DNA from: Takakia lepidozioides
Lineage: Eukaryota > Plantae > Bryophyta
Direction: 5' to 3'
Assembly: GCA_030704615.1 (NCBI GenBank)
Contig: CM060734.1
Location: 40,796,001-40,860,000, forward strand
DNA: 64,000 bases
The position numbers and the translations under genes are program-made. Numbering within the stretch: position 1 is the stretch's first letter; each line of letters begins with the position of its first letter. Below are positions 23,691-35,622 of the stretch, piece after piece. The notes beneath the pieces are model-generated. The model saw only the letters and a program-made list of their open reading frames with translations. It was not told where the DNA came from and did no database searches.

Positions 23691-24397
23691 AAATAATTAT
23701 AGATATATCTCTTTATTTCTATTATAGATTATAATTATTCATATATCTTGTATTATTTCTGGACCAAACAAAAGTCCAGAATTAGTTAAAATAGTGTTTC
23801 TTCTTCAGACGCCGGCTTCGATCTGCTCTCCTCGGTGAGAAGTCGAAGCGTCAAAAGATCAAGATTCTTCGTTGGACCTTCAGGGACGATGTCCCAAGCT
23901 GATCTGAAATGTTTCAAATGGGGTGGCAAGTTGTACAAGACCTTGGCAATCACAGTTGAATCATCGAAGCTGTTGTTGTTCATGCCTCTGAGCTGCTTGA
24001 TCACCATCTCGATTCGTCCAAGAAAATCAGCTATGTCCTCCCCCTCCTCGATTTTGCATTTGAAAAAACTCTTATGTAGCTGATGGATGTTCTCAGTAGC
24101 TCTCATCTCATGTATCAACGTGAGCTTCTTCCAAAAGACAAAAAAAGTATCACAGCTCATCAAATTCTTTAGCAGTCTTCTGTCAACGGCTTGACAAAGT
24201 ATTCCAAGCGCCTGACTATCTTTCTTGTCTCAGGCAACTATCTCAGCAGGAGTGGCTGGTACTACGTTATCCCCAACTGGCTCTCGAACTACCGTCCCGT
24301 CCACTATACCCCACAACTCTTTGCCACGAAAAATGGCTCTCATTTGGTATTTCCACATGGCAAAACCATCACCATTAAAACGCTCAATGTTACTAAG

Positions 24398-25032
24398 TGT
24401 CAAGGACGAGAACATGACTGAACACAAACAAGAGATAAGACTAGAGGTACAAAGCTAGACAATAAGTCAAGGTCGGCGTGGCCGAATATACGATGAATAA
24501 ATAGGAATCAAGACGATCTTTATAACAATGAACAAGAGTACAAGATATTGGAACACGACTTGAATACTGGAATGCTGGAAACTGGACTGGAGTACCAGAT
24601 ACTGGAAACTGGGCTAGGGTACTGGGAACTGGACTGGAGTACTGGAAACTGGAAACAAGAGTAGCTTGAACTGGTGTTGGTGAGACTGAAGAGTGTCCAG
24701 TCTCGCCTCCTATATATACTGGCTACTAAGAAGCTTCCCTAAGAAGCTTCCCCTATGGAGGTTGCTTGCTGCAAGATTAAACAAAGGTTTCTTGATGGAG
24801 AAGCTTCCTTAAACAAATGAGGTATTTTGATGGAGAAGTTTCCTCCAAATGAAGCTTCTTGAGTAGTTTCCCAAGTTACTCTTGGTAATTTGGTAAACTC
24901 CCGGTAATTTAATGGTAAATCATGGTAGATCATAGTAAATCACGGTAAGTCACGATAACTTTTGGTAACTTGGTAACTTGGTAACTTCTGGTATTTACTC
25001 CTGGTAAGTTCCTCTGGACTATGTCTGTGACA
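24398..25032 (-). repeat. 3' LTR of the chromovirus
   Basis: Homologous to 30950-31581 and preceded by the PPT on the minus strand. Confidence 0.95.
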
Positions 25033-25087
25033 TCACCCCCTCCTCTAGCGCCGGATTCCTCGAGGAGCGGTAAAATCTTGGACTTAC

Positions 25088-25594
25088 TTAGAGTTGGAGA
25101 AAATCCAAAATCCGACGAATGATACTTGCCAAGTATTCGGCTCTTCGTTCTTGACTCAAATGATTTATAGGTCCCTGCAACCATCGATAGTGTCCAACAC
25201 TTTGAACTTGGGACCACGCAGTGATTTGAGCATTCTGATTTTCGAAACTGTCTTCAAACATGATTTCGTTGCCCTCTGGGTCCCAAGCCTCAACCTCCAA
25301 CAGAATTATCAAACTTCGAGTAGGCTCCACTTGCCGTCGTACGGGGTTCAGACGAGGAAGTACGCGTCGCATTGGTGGCCCATCGTCTCGAGAGCGTCGG
25401 CGTGATGTTGAAGGTCGTGAGAGTCGGAATGGCTGATCTGGTAGCTGGGTAAGCAACAACTCCAATGTACCTGGTTCTTGTGACTCCATACTGCCAATAC
25501 AAGATGCAAGAGTGCTGGAAGTGTAGCTATATATACTGATGTGTGATGCTCCTTCCTCCTCGTGTATCAGATACATTGAATGTTGAGTCTTCAC
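25088..25594 (-). CDS. Uncharacterised extra ORF between chromodomain and PPT (168 codons)
   Basis: Open frame in the element's sense orientation; no family recognised; the listed start is non-ATG and the first ATG gives MYLIHEE. Confidence 0.35.
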   Translation of the reverse strand: MKTQHSMYLIHEEEGASHISIYSYTSSTLASCIGSMESQEPGTLELLLTQLPDQPFRLSRPSTSRRRSRDDGPPMRRVLPRLNPVRRQVEPTRSLIILLEVEAWDPEGNEIMFEDSFENQNAQITAWSQVQSVGHYRWLQGPINHLSQERRAEYLASIIRRILDFLQL

Positions 25595-25632
25595 CTTGAA
25601 GCTAACTGGGCTGACATCATCGTTGTGACGTC

Positions 25633-28600
25633 TTATTGACGTGTAACTCGGGGCTTAGCTGGATATCGTTGATGAAACTCTTGGACTTTGTCAGATGCAT
25701 GAGCGAGGTTGGATGAAGGTTCTCACGTTCGTTCGCTGATGTCGTAGCTTTTTCAATGTACGAAATACTCAAGACGTTTATACTTAATGCGAGAGTCTAG
25801 GACTTCGTCGACTTCATACTCAATTTCCTGATTGACTTCGACTGGTGGAGGTGGTACGGAGACTCTCCCTGGAATATTCAATGGATGATACAACTCCAAT
25901 AATGAAACATGAAAGACTGGATGGATGCGCATACTTCGTGGGAGTTCAAGCCGAAAACTGACCGGATTTATTTGTTGAATAATTTTGAATGGTCACAGGC
26001 ATTGATAATCCAACTTCCTTGATGGTCGCGAGGTTTGTATGTCTCGTCGAAGAAGCCACACACGATCTCCGACCTTGAACTGGGGTTGGAGTTGACGACG
26101 TTGATCTGCATACTCCTTGTATTGTTTTTGAGTTTCTGCGAGGTGGGATGTAAGCTCATTGTGAATTGTAGCAAGATGAGTAGTAATGTTTTCTGCAGCA
26201 GGGCTTCCAACGGTCTTCATGTGGAAAGGGTTTGTTCGAGGATGATGACCATAATTGGAGAAAAATGGAGTTTGCTTGGTCGAAGAATGTATAGTGTTGT
26301 TGTAGGCAAACTCAGCCAATGACAGAAGGTCCGTCCAATTATCTTGGTGATAATTTATCGTACTGCGAAGATACTGCTCCAAAATTTGGTTTACACGTTC
26401 GGTTTGACCATCAGTCTGTGGATGATTAGCTGTAGAGATGTTGATCTTAGTATCCAATATGTGAAATAATCCCCTCCAGAAATTTGACATGAACTGTGGT
26501 CCTCAATCAGATACGATGTCCTTCGGGAGTCCATGAATGCGGTAGATATTATTGAGGAAGAGTCTTGCAGTTTCCTCGCCGGTAACCGTCTTATTATATG
26601 GAATGAAATGTGTTATTTTCGTAAAACGATCTACATTGAATCGGTGGTCTTGTAAATTGGAAGGTCCGTAATAAAGTCCATAGACACGGACGACCATGGA
26701 CCCTCGGGAATGGGTAATGGTTGAAGAAGGCCGTAAGGTCGATGTCGTGGTCCCTTCGCTCTAGCACACGTGTCGCAAGATTTTATAAATTATTTCACGA
26801 GTTTCCACATCTACGGCCACCAATAGTCCCTGGATATCAATTCCATTGTTTTGTTGAAGCCGAAATGTCCTGCAGCCGGATGATCATGATATGTTTGAAG
26901 AATTCGAAGTCGTGTAGGTCCTGGAGGTACATAGAGAAGTCCCTTGAAATAAAGTAAGTCATATTTGAACTCGAAGTCGTTTGTAACATATGGGTTATCT
27001 CGAAGTCGATTTAGTTGACTTCGTAGTGTCATAGCGAATTGGTCGCTCTTCAGTGCTTCCTGAATTTCCTTTATGATCTCGACATCGTCATAGGTGGACA
27101 TGGATAACACATTCAATTGGAGATTTGCTGGTTTCAAAATGATGGATTTCTGTTGGTTAAAAGCTGCATCCCCTTCCTTTGGCACAAGATACGATCGTCG
27201 AGAAAGAGCATCTGGTTTTCCTTGAAGATGTTTGGGACAGTAGGTAATAACAAAATCAAACCTTGCTAGTGACATACTCCATCTCGCTTGACGTCGATTC
27301 AAAACACGAGCACTCATAAAATATTCGAGGTTTTTGTGATCGGTATAGACAGTGACACTACAACAGATCGCGGTAGTTATGACTGCCAAACCGTGGTAGT
27401 CATGGTTTTCATGACTTTGACCATGACTGCACCATGTTTTTATATGAAATTGACTTCCCGCAGTCGTTCATACAACTGTAGTCATATGAACGACTATCTA
27501 AATAATCGTCTATATGACTACATGGCTCCAAAATAGGCGGAAGGCTGGTCAACGGCAATTGACCAAATTTAGCTCACCATTCATAGTCATTTCCATAACT
27601 ACAGTGTACATGGATGAGGTTACATAGTCATGATGATTACTGGGGATTTTGTAATTTGGTGTGTATAATACAATTAAAACACCATATGATCATATGAATT
27701 ACTATTGGGTGTATTGGTTAACAGGTGGTGAACTATAATTTTTATAGTAAAGAGGTTGCAGGTTCAAACTCCTTTAAGTACAATCAAATGGATAAGATGG
27801 CCCTAGGGTTAGTAGGTGAGCTAGGGATAGCACGTGGTACCCTAGATGGACTGTCACGTGGTTTTTTCATTATTATAAAATGCATTATGCCACGTGGCAC
27901 AATGCAGTGCGACGCGGCGTTTGACATATGTTTTTTTTAATTTAATTTTAAAAAAAAATCAATTGCGTCTCGCCACGTGACGCGGTAGCGGCGGCTGCAG
28001 TATGATATACATGACTGCAGTGAGAGATATCACTTGGTTCATATGACTGTAGTTATCCGGACCATACCATCCTGTACTCATTGTATTGACTTGGTTTGCA
28101 CGACTTACAGTCATAGAAGTCATATGTACCGTTTATGACTGCAGAATACTCATATATATAGTCATAAAATACCACGATCTGTTGTAGTGTGACCTGATGT
28201 TTAGCTCCCTCCGATAAATGACGCCACTCTTCAAAAGCATCGATAATCGCTATAAGTTCTTTGTCATGGATTTCATAATTGATCTCCGCAGCGAGAACGA
28301 AAACCAACAGGGTGAAGTCGGTCATCTGTACCGTATTGTGAGAGTACCGCGCCAAGTGCAAAGTCCGATGCATCTGCTTCTAAGAAGAATGGCTTAGATG
28401 GGTCTGCATGTACCAATATTGGCCGTTGTAAATGTCTGCTTCAGCCTTTCAAATGCCTGGTCAGCCTTCTCGTCCCATACAAATTTCTTCCCTGTGAGTC
28501 GTGTCAATGGTGCAGCAATTTTGGAGTAGTCATTGATGAAGATTCTATAGAAATTTGCAAAACCCAGAAAACATATACATCTCGGACCGAAATTGGTTTA

Positions 28601-29937
28601 ATCCACTCGATGATGGTTTGTATTTTCTTCTGATCCATAAAGACGCATTTGTCGGAAATAATGTAGCCCATAAATTCGACCTCAGATTGATGAAAACGAT
28701 ATTTCTCCAACTTGACATATAGTCCTCTTTCTCTTAATTTATCAATGACAATGCGTACATGGCGGTCATGTTCTTCTTCGTTCTGTGAAAATATCAAAAT
28801 GTCGTCCAAATAGATGACTACAAAGTCATCTAAAAATTCTCGAAAGATGTCATTCATCATATGTTGGAAAATTGCTGGAGCATTTGTAAGACCGAAAGGC
28901 ATAACACTGTATTCAAAATGTCCATACCTTGTTCGAAAAGCTGTTTTCCATTCGTCTCCTTCTTTTATCTGTACAAGGTTATAAGCTCATCTCAAGTCGA
29001 TTTTGGTGAAAATTTTCGCTCGTCCCAGCTGGTCGAGAAGCCCATAAATCAGCGGCAACGGATAACGATTCTTGATTGTGATTTTGTTGAGACCGCGATA
29101 GTCGACACACATGCGTAATGATCCGTTCTTCTTTTTCACAAACAAGATAGGCGCCCCCGCGGGTGATTTGGAATGTCGAATGAAGTGCTTTGACAATTTT
29201 TCATCAATGTATTCGCGTAATGCAGCCAACTCCGTCTGGGATAAATTATAGATGGGGCCGAATGATGGTTGGGCTCCTTCTTGTAACTCAATTGCACAGT
29301 CATAAGGTCGATGTTCTGGCAATATGTCTGCATTTTTCTTCTCGAAGACATCTTTGAAATCTTGATATTGAGCGGGTAATGTTGAAGTATCTTTGTCTGT
29401 TGTGGTTTTGATCGGAGTCGCATAAAGTGCAAATGCCGCCTCCTTTTTGGTAGCTCTCTTGAAGGCTCTAGCTCCAAGAAACATGGGTTGAATACCTTTG
29501 GTACTTTTGCATTTTTGTCTTGCCGAATTTTTTCGTGGTTGCCAGTCGATGTCAGGATTATGAAGTACAAACCAGGGAAGTCCAAAGATCACAGGATTCG
29601 TTGGAGACTGGATGACATTGAAAACAATCTGTGATGCTTGATTTTTAAGCTTCACTTCAAGGGGTCGAGTTTCATGGTCAACATTTCCTGATGCTAATGG
29701 TCGTCCATCGATAACTTCAACAGGGGCTGAGAATTTCTTTCTTACGAGCGTTAAATTGTGTTGCTTCGCAAAGTCTTTGTCAATAAAACACGCTGAAGCG
29801 CCCGAGTCCAAAAGTGCTTCTACGGAGATATCTCGATTTTGCATCTTGATCTTTACTGGAACTGTGAAAAAAGATACAGGGTCTGGAGGTAGAAATAGAT
29901 TTTTTTTTGGTGAGGAATTTGGGGTGTCCAGCTGCAT
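25633..29937 (-). pseudogene. Chromovirus pol (PR-RT-RNase H-integrase-chromodomain), fragmented
   Basis: [50 protein letters not shown], and chromodomain [33 protein letters not shown] at ~25650-25830. Confidence 0.92.
27356..28189. mobile_element. Non-autonomous CACTA (EnSpm) element, 834 bp
   Basis: TIRs CACTACAACAGATCGCGGTA and TACCACGATCTGTTGTAGTG (19/20 match), 3-bp TSD TGA, ATGACT/AGTCAT subterminal repeats; splits the chromovirus RNase H at KHQVT|VYTDHKNL. Confidence 0.95.
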
Positions 29938-29942
29938 GGTCT

Positions 29943-30911
29943 CTACTGTGACTGGACATCTTCGTTTTCCGACCTCCTCGTATCGAACACTTGAGTGGTG
30001 CCCCGAGCTTTGAATCTTCTCTTGTTGGGGCAGTTTAATGCCATGTGATCATTTTCTCCGCAATAAAGGCATAATCCATTCGAGCGCCGTCTTTGTTTTT
30101 CATGTGATGTCAATGGCTTGAATCGGACAGCATCAATCTGCATAGGATCATTACCGGATGTCTGATGGATCGTTGTATTTGGTGCCGTAGTAGCAACGGC
30201 ATGGTGCGTCGTCGACCATCCAGATCGCTTCTCTTGACGTCTGTCGAACAAACGATTATCGCATGCAATGACTTGGGTGATGAATTCGCTCAGTGTACTC
30301 ACGTTTGGCATTGTCAACAACAAATCTTTAACATCATCTTTTAGGCCACATCGAAACTGACTAATGAGGTGCTTCTCATTCCAGTCAAGGTCGCACCCTA
30401 GTTGTCGAAATTCGGCAGCATAAACGGAAGCTGGACGTGCTCCTTGTCGAAGATTTCGCATCTTTGTCTCTGCAACTCTCTCTCTATCATTCTCTTCAAA
30501 CGTTGCAGTGAACTCGGACATGTACGCTTCAAAATTGTATAGTAAATGCGAATTTTTCTCTAATAGCGGTGCAATAGTCGTAGGAACAATCGTACTTATT
30601 GAACAAAACCGCGAAATCTTGACCTCGCCCCCATCAAATTTCTCGGGCATGCTGACCTTTTGTTCCCTTGTAATCTGTTGAAGATTTGGAGGAACCGTTG
30701 CAGTATGATTTGTTGTAGTAATGACTCGTAAGGTTGAAGATCCATTGTTTGACTCTTTCAACTCTGAAATTTGTTGTTGCAAATTGTTGAGAGCATTGCC
30801 AAGGTCTTGAGACTGATCAGCTTGTAGTTGGGCAGTAGAGGCACGAAGTTTTTGCATGTGGAGCTGAAGACTCTGCAATATGACGACCATTTCCGCAAAT
30901 GTGCCTTCCAT
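29943..30911 (-). CDS. Chromovirus gag
   Basis: N-terminal coiled coil, [42 protein letters not shown] knuckle. Confidence 0.9.
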   Translation of the reverse strand: MEGTFAEMVVILQSLQLHMQKLRASTAQLQADQSQDLGNALNNLQQQISELKESNNGSSTLRVITTTNHTATVPPNLQQITREQKVSMPEKFDGGEVKISRFCSISTIVPTTIAPLLEKNSHLLYNFEAYMSEFTATFEENDRERVAETKMRNLRQGARPASVYAAEFRQLGCDLDWNEKHLISQFRCGLKDDVKDLLLTMPNVSTLSEFITQVIACDNRLFDRRQEKRSGWSTTHHAVATTAPNTTIHQTSGNDPMQIDAVRFKPLTSHEKQRRRSNGLCLYCGENDHMALNCPNKRRFKARGTTQVFDTRRSENEDVQSQ

Positions 30912-30936
30912 CTTAACTAACTAAGGAACAAACTGG

Positions 30937-30947
30937 AGTCTCGCCAA
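30937..30947 (-). promoter_or_regulatory. Self-priming PBS (TTGGCGAGACT), complementary to the predicted transcript 5' end at 31219-31209
   Basis: Exact 11-nt complement lies 31 nt downstream of the first base of the LTR TATATATA (31250-31243). Confidence 0.75.
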
Positions 30948-30949
30948 AC

Positions 30950-31581
30950 TGTCAAGGACGAGAACATGACTGAATACAAACAAGAGATAAGACTAGAGGT
31001 ACAATGTTAGACAAGAAGTCAAGGTCGGCGTGGCCGAATGCACGATGAGTAAATAAGAATCAAGACGATCTTTATAACAATGAACAAAAGTACAAGATAT
31101 TGAAACACGACTTGAATACTGGAATGCTAGAAACTGGACTGGAGTACCAGATACTAGAAACTGGGCTAGGGTATTGGGAACTGGAAACAAGAGTAGCTTG
31201 AACTGGTGTTGGCGAGACTGAAGAGTGTCCAGTCTCGCCTCCTATATATACTTGCTACTAAGAAGCTTCCCTAAGAAGCTTCCCCTATGGAGGTTGCTTG
31301 ATGGAGAAGTTTCCAAGATTAAACAAAGGTTTCTTGATGGAGAAGTTTCCTTAAACAAATGAGGTAACTTGATGGAGAAGTTTCCTAAAAAAGAAGCTTC
31401 TTGAGTAGTTTCCCAAGTTATCCTTAGTAATTTGATAAACTCCCGATAACTTGATAAGTAATGGCAAATCATGGTAAATCATGATAAATCACGATAAGTC
31501 ATGGTAACTTTCGGTAACATGGTAACTTGATAACTTCTGGTATTTACTCCTGGTAAGTTCTTCTGGGCTATGTTCGTGACA
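30950..31581 (-). repeat. 5' LTR of the chromovirus
   Basis: Homologous to 24398-25032; contains a TATA box; followed by the PBS and gag. Confidence 0.95.
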
Positions 31582-32853
31582 CTAAGCTCCTTCCCTTGAT
31601 CCATAAGATCTCTCTCCTCCCGACTAGAAACAACATAAAAGAACTGAGACTAAGCTTTAAAGATGACGTCTAAAGATAGCTAAACGCACAGGGTTACGAA
31701 ACGTGGGCCCATAACCTATTGTTTGTGAGAAGTAGTTGGCAACACTTTCCATATGCAAGCTCAAGAAAGATACACATCTACTAGACACAAAGACTTGTAT
31801 CAGCACCTTACAAGCATAGTATCATAAAGACTAGAACAATATTAGTGACCATGGAAAGATACACTGGTTGTCACAGCCTGCTCATGCTAATCTTGTGACC
31901 CACACACTCAACTTCATTACAGTGTCACTACAGCAGTAAACTTTAGGACTAAGGTATGTGTTGGCCTCACACATCTGCAGCAGCGTACAAACACATGAGG
32001 ACTAAAAGAGAGCAGGGCCCATTGCTCTCAATGCTTAAGTAACTAGCACTGTAGTTACTAGTAACTACAGTGTCAAGAAGGATGACTCCAGTGTAATCTT
32101 GATCTGGATCCTTTTGAGTAATGATAAGTGTTAGACATCAAAGCCCTCTTTACTTGCTGGTTCGAGCTGAGAAGTTTGGGTGAAGCTAAGACATCCAGAC
32201 ACTACGTAGATTTGAGGGACACAATTGATGAACCCCCCAAGTGGTGGATCTTCCAATTTCTCTATACTCAAGGAGAGGTAAGACATCGGGCCATTTATCC
32301 TTGTCGATTCCTTGTGGAATATCCCGTAGATCCCCTGGGTTGAAGACAGCCATGAAGTACGACCACCTCTTGATAACTGCACTTGCCGTTTGGCGTTGAC
32401 CTTGTGTTGCGGTGGGGGTCTGTATCCGATGAAGGAAAGGCACCTCGTAGCAGCTCCACTTTGACGCAGAATAAACCTCCGCGTGAGACTGGGTCCACTT
32501 ATCTACGTGTCTACGCGTCTCGCCGCTCAAGAAGCCCTGCATCCGTTAGGCGAACTGCTCATGTGCCCAGCACAAGACAAGACGAGGGCCGGCCGTGGCC
32601 GGCGTAACTACGCCTTTGGGGGTGGGCCCTATTCCGTTATGTATATATACCACTCCACACCACCTTCCCTCTCACTGGATTTCTCTGTTTCGACTCTTAT
32701 ATCTCCCTCACCCTCGCCTCACTCCAGCACCATAACCAGCTCCTTCCTAAGATCTGTCTAGTACTACTTGAATTTAAATCTTGAGCACCGAATCTCTCTG
32801 GGACAACAGCTTACAGTCGGCCACTGTTTGTGATCGCTTACTGATCCAAAACG

Positions 32854-33519
32854 ATGGGAAGAAGCAGCTCGACGGGTACCACTTTGGTAGTACTAGCATT
32901 TCTGGCTCTCACAGCCGTCGTGGTCACCGCATCCGACGGCGATCCACTGCAGGATTTCTGTGTGGCGGACCTGACCAGCACCCTCACACTAAATGGTCTG
33001 GTATGCAAAAACCCAACAACAGTGACCGCAAACGACTTCGTCTTCCACGGCTTGGCCAAGGCCGGAAACACGGCTGTTTCATCAGGAAGCGCTGTGACGC
33101 CAGCGTTCGCGACTGCGTTTCCAGGTCTCAACACTTTGGGCATCGCCATGGCGCGCCTAGACTTTGCACAAGGAGGCCTTGTGACACCCCACACACACCC
33201 ACGGGCCACAGAGATGCTATTTGTCGTGGAAGGATCTCTGTATGTGGGGTTTGTGGACACCAAGAACAAGCTCTTTGCTACCACCCTGCAGAAGGGTGAT
33301 GTTTTTGTGTTCCCACGAGGTCTTGTGCACTTCGAGCTCAACGTGGGCAACGGGCCAGCTTTGGCTATCGCTGCACTCAACAGCCAGAATCCGGGGGTGC
33401 AAGCCATCCCCGCTGCTTTGTTTGGTTCCGACATCAGCGACGCTGTGCTGGAGAAAGCGTTCAACGTGGATCAGAAGGCAGTGCAGTATTTGAAGTCTAA
33501 GTTTACTACAAAGGCGTAA
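32854..33519 (+). CDS. Germin-like protein, copy 5
   Basis: Intact 221-aa ORF with all germin boxes; TATATATA near 32642. Confidence 0.95.
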   Translation: MGRSSSTGTTLVVLAFLALTAVVVTASDGDPLQDFCVADLTSTLTLNGLVCKNPTTVTANDFVFHGLAKAGNTAVSSGSAVTPAFATAFPGLNTLGIAMARLDFAQGGLVTPHTHPRATEMLFVVEGSLYVGFVDTKNKLFATTLQKGDVFVFPRGLVHFELNVGNGPALAIAALNSQNPGVQAIPAALFGSDISDAVLEKAFNVDQKAVQYLKSKFTTKA

Positions 33520-34672
33520 CTAGTGTTGCGATAGGGATCCACTGCGTGACAATGTAAATGTATCGTATGCTAGACAGTTGACTATCTCCATTCTTTGACC
33601 CCAATTGTCACTGTGAATATGATGGGGGATTAGCTCATTGATTCAAGTAAAATTGGATGCCTACATGATCTTCAAATTGGTTGATGGACCTTGTGGAGTC
33701 GAACTGTCTCACACAAGTATCCCACCCTCGATGCAGATGCACCATTGTCCAGATGTTTTCATATTGGAGTTAATGTAGGCATCTGCGGCCTTTCCACCAA
33801 GTTGGTGTGCAACTTATTCTAAAGTCTATCATCTGATTATAGCGGTGACCTCGCTTTGCCTTTACTGTAGATCATCTTCAAGATTTGAGTGTCAGGTTGT
33901 GATACAAATATTCCAGGTCTAGCACTCAAGATATCGCTCTAGATCTGGGGATCATAGACTCTGACCCAGTTTTCAACTGAAGAATGAAGAGGTTGGCATC
34001 TTCTGTTAAAAATAATCTACGTGCTCATCAGCCGTAGCATCTCCAAAATGCAGTGCATCTCTCGCCTTTCCCTGCTTTCATTGTGTTGATAGTAGTTCCT
34101 TCATCTGCCGATCAACGTCATGCAAGTCAAACCGTGTGTCCAGAACATTGTCCTTCATCTCCCTAGTCACTCTGTCTTGTGGAGGGCGAGGTGGAGGGGC
34201 GCCCCTAAGTTCTTTCTTGTTTCTTGCTTTCTCTTCCCATAAGCTCTCTGAGTTTTTCGCGAACGTTATAAAGTACCATTCCATTTCGCTCTGCTCGGGG
34301 TCGATTTGGCTGGGCCCGCCGGAGTCTTGTCTCTCTCTGCCAATCCTCGGGGTATTGAATATTTAGGAGTAACATGTAACCTTGAAATTTTTCTAGATCC
34401 GTGAATTCGTGAATGGAACACTGGTGAGTCTAGACACTAATGATGAAAATTAAATTGAAGTTTTTCTCTCATTCTTCTTAAGTAAAATTTCCACTTTTTG
34501 ATCCAAGCCTCTTCCAATGAAACTCGAGAACAAATCAGTGAATCACAGCCACAACAGCTAGCAGCTAGTGCTCAGTGAGCAAGAATCAAGAGCTCATCTC
34601 GTACCAAATTGTCCAGACTCTATATAATTGTAATAGAAGCCTCGCAGGTTGAAGTCGCAGTGTGGGAGAAAC

Positions 34673-34675
<3 letters not shown>

Positions 34676-34720
<45 letters not shown>
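34676..34720. repeat. (GA)n microsatellite, ~22 units
   Basis: Visible directly; shorter alleles at paralogous positions (~10036, ~14877, ~20470). Confidence 0.95.
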
Positions 34721-34722
<2 letters not shown>

Positions 34723-35622
34723 GGGATTGCTGAGGGCGAGTCATCGGTAGTCTGACCTGAATATGATATAGAGAGGTTCTGAAGTACCTAGTGCTCACGA
34801 CGGAAGTGCGCTCTCCACTGCTTTTAATCTACTAACTATATTGATACACGTGCGGTATTACAGACGTGCATCCAGAAACTGTGAAAATACCATGAAGGTA
34901 ATTGGTGCTCTGTATTGAGACAGTGTGATTGTCAGCATCTTTGCTAAGTTTCTACGCTTACATTCCTATTTCCGCAACACCAGTCCCTAGCCCTTAATGC
35001 CTAGGCTGTGGAGCCCAGCAAAAGTGAACTTTCCTGTCAATATACTAACCCAGACTGTCTTTTTTATTGTATCTATATTTTCGGCTTTTTTGCTTTGGTT
35101 ACTAAGAGATTCGCGTGTCACATATAGTAGATCATCAAACTCGATAATCTTGCTGGCTCAGAGCGCACGAGTCCATGATATGTTGAGGTCTACAAACCGT
35201 GCACACATTCCGATTTGTGGATGCTGGTCAACTTGGATCCTTTTGAGCAATGACAAGTGCTAGACTGCAAACCCCTCCTTTACTTGCTGGTTCGGGCTGA
35301 GAAGTTTGGGTGAAGCTACGACATCCAGACACTACGTGTCCCAATTGATGAACCCCCGTACACTTAAGATGGTGGATCTTCTAATTTCTCTATACTCTAG
35401 GAGAGGTAAGACAGCCACGTCCCTGCATTCTTGTTGATTCCTTGTGGATATCCCATAGATCCCTTGGGTTGAAGACAGCCATGAAGTACCGCCACCTCTT
35501 GATAACTGCACTCAAGTGCCGTTTGGCGTTCACCTTCGGTTGTGGTGGGGTCTGTATCCGACGCAGGAAAGGCACCTCGTAGCAGCTCCACTATGACGCA
35601 GAATAAACCTCCGCGTCAAACT

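Larger units (their letters stand above)
24398..31581 (-). mobile_element. Full-length decayed chromovirus (Tcn1/Tf1-sushi-like Ty3/gypsy)
   Basis: LTRs 24398-25032 and 30950-31581 (TG...CA), TSD CTAAG at 24393-24397 and 31582-31586, PPT AGAGGAGGGGGTGA, gag-PR-RT-RH-INT-chromodomain order. Confidence 0.95.
20907..32100 (-). mobile_element. Outer Ty1/copia element A, internally deleted: 5' LTR ~31717-32100, PBS 31704-31716, gag 31604-31582 continuing at 24397-23786, 3' LTR stub 20907-20938
   Basis: Removing the chromovirus restores MDQGKELSNIERFNGDGFAMWKYQM (copia gag); PBS GGTTATGGGCCCA; the identical 32-mer tattgtttgtgagaagtagttggcaacacttt occurs at 20907 and 31717. Confidence 0.8.
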
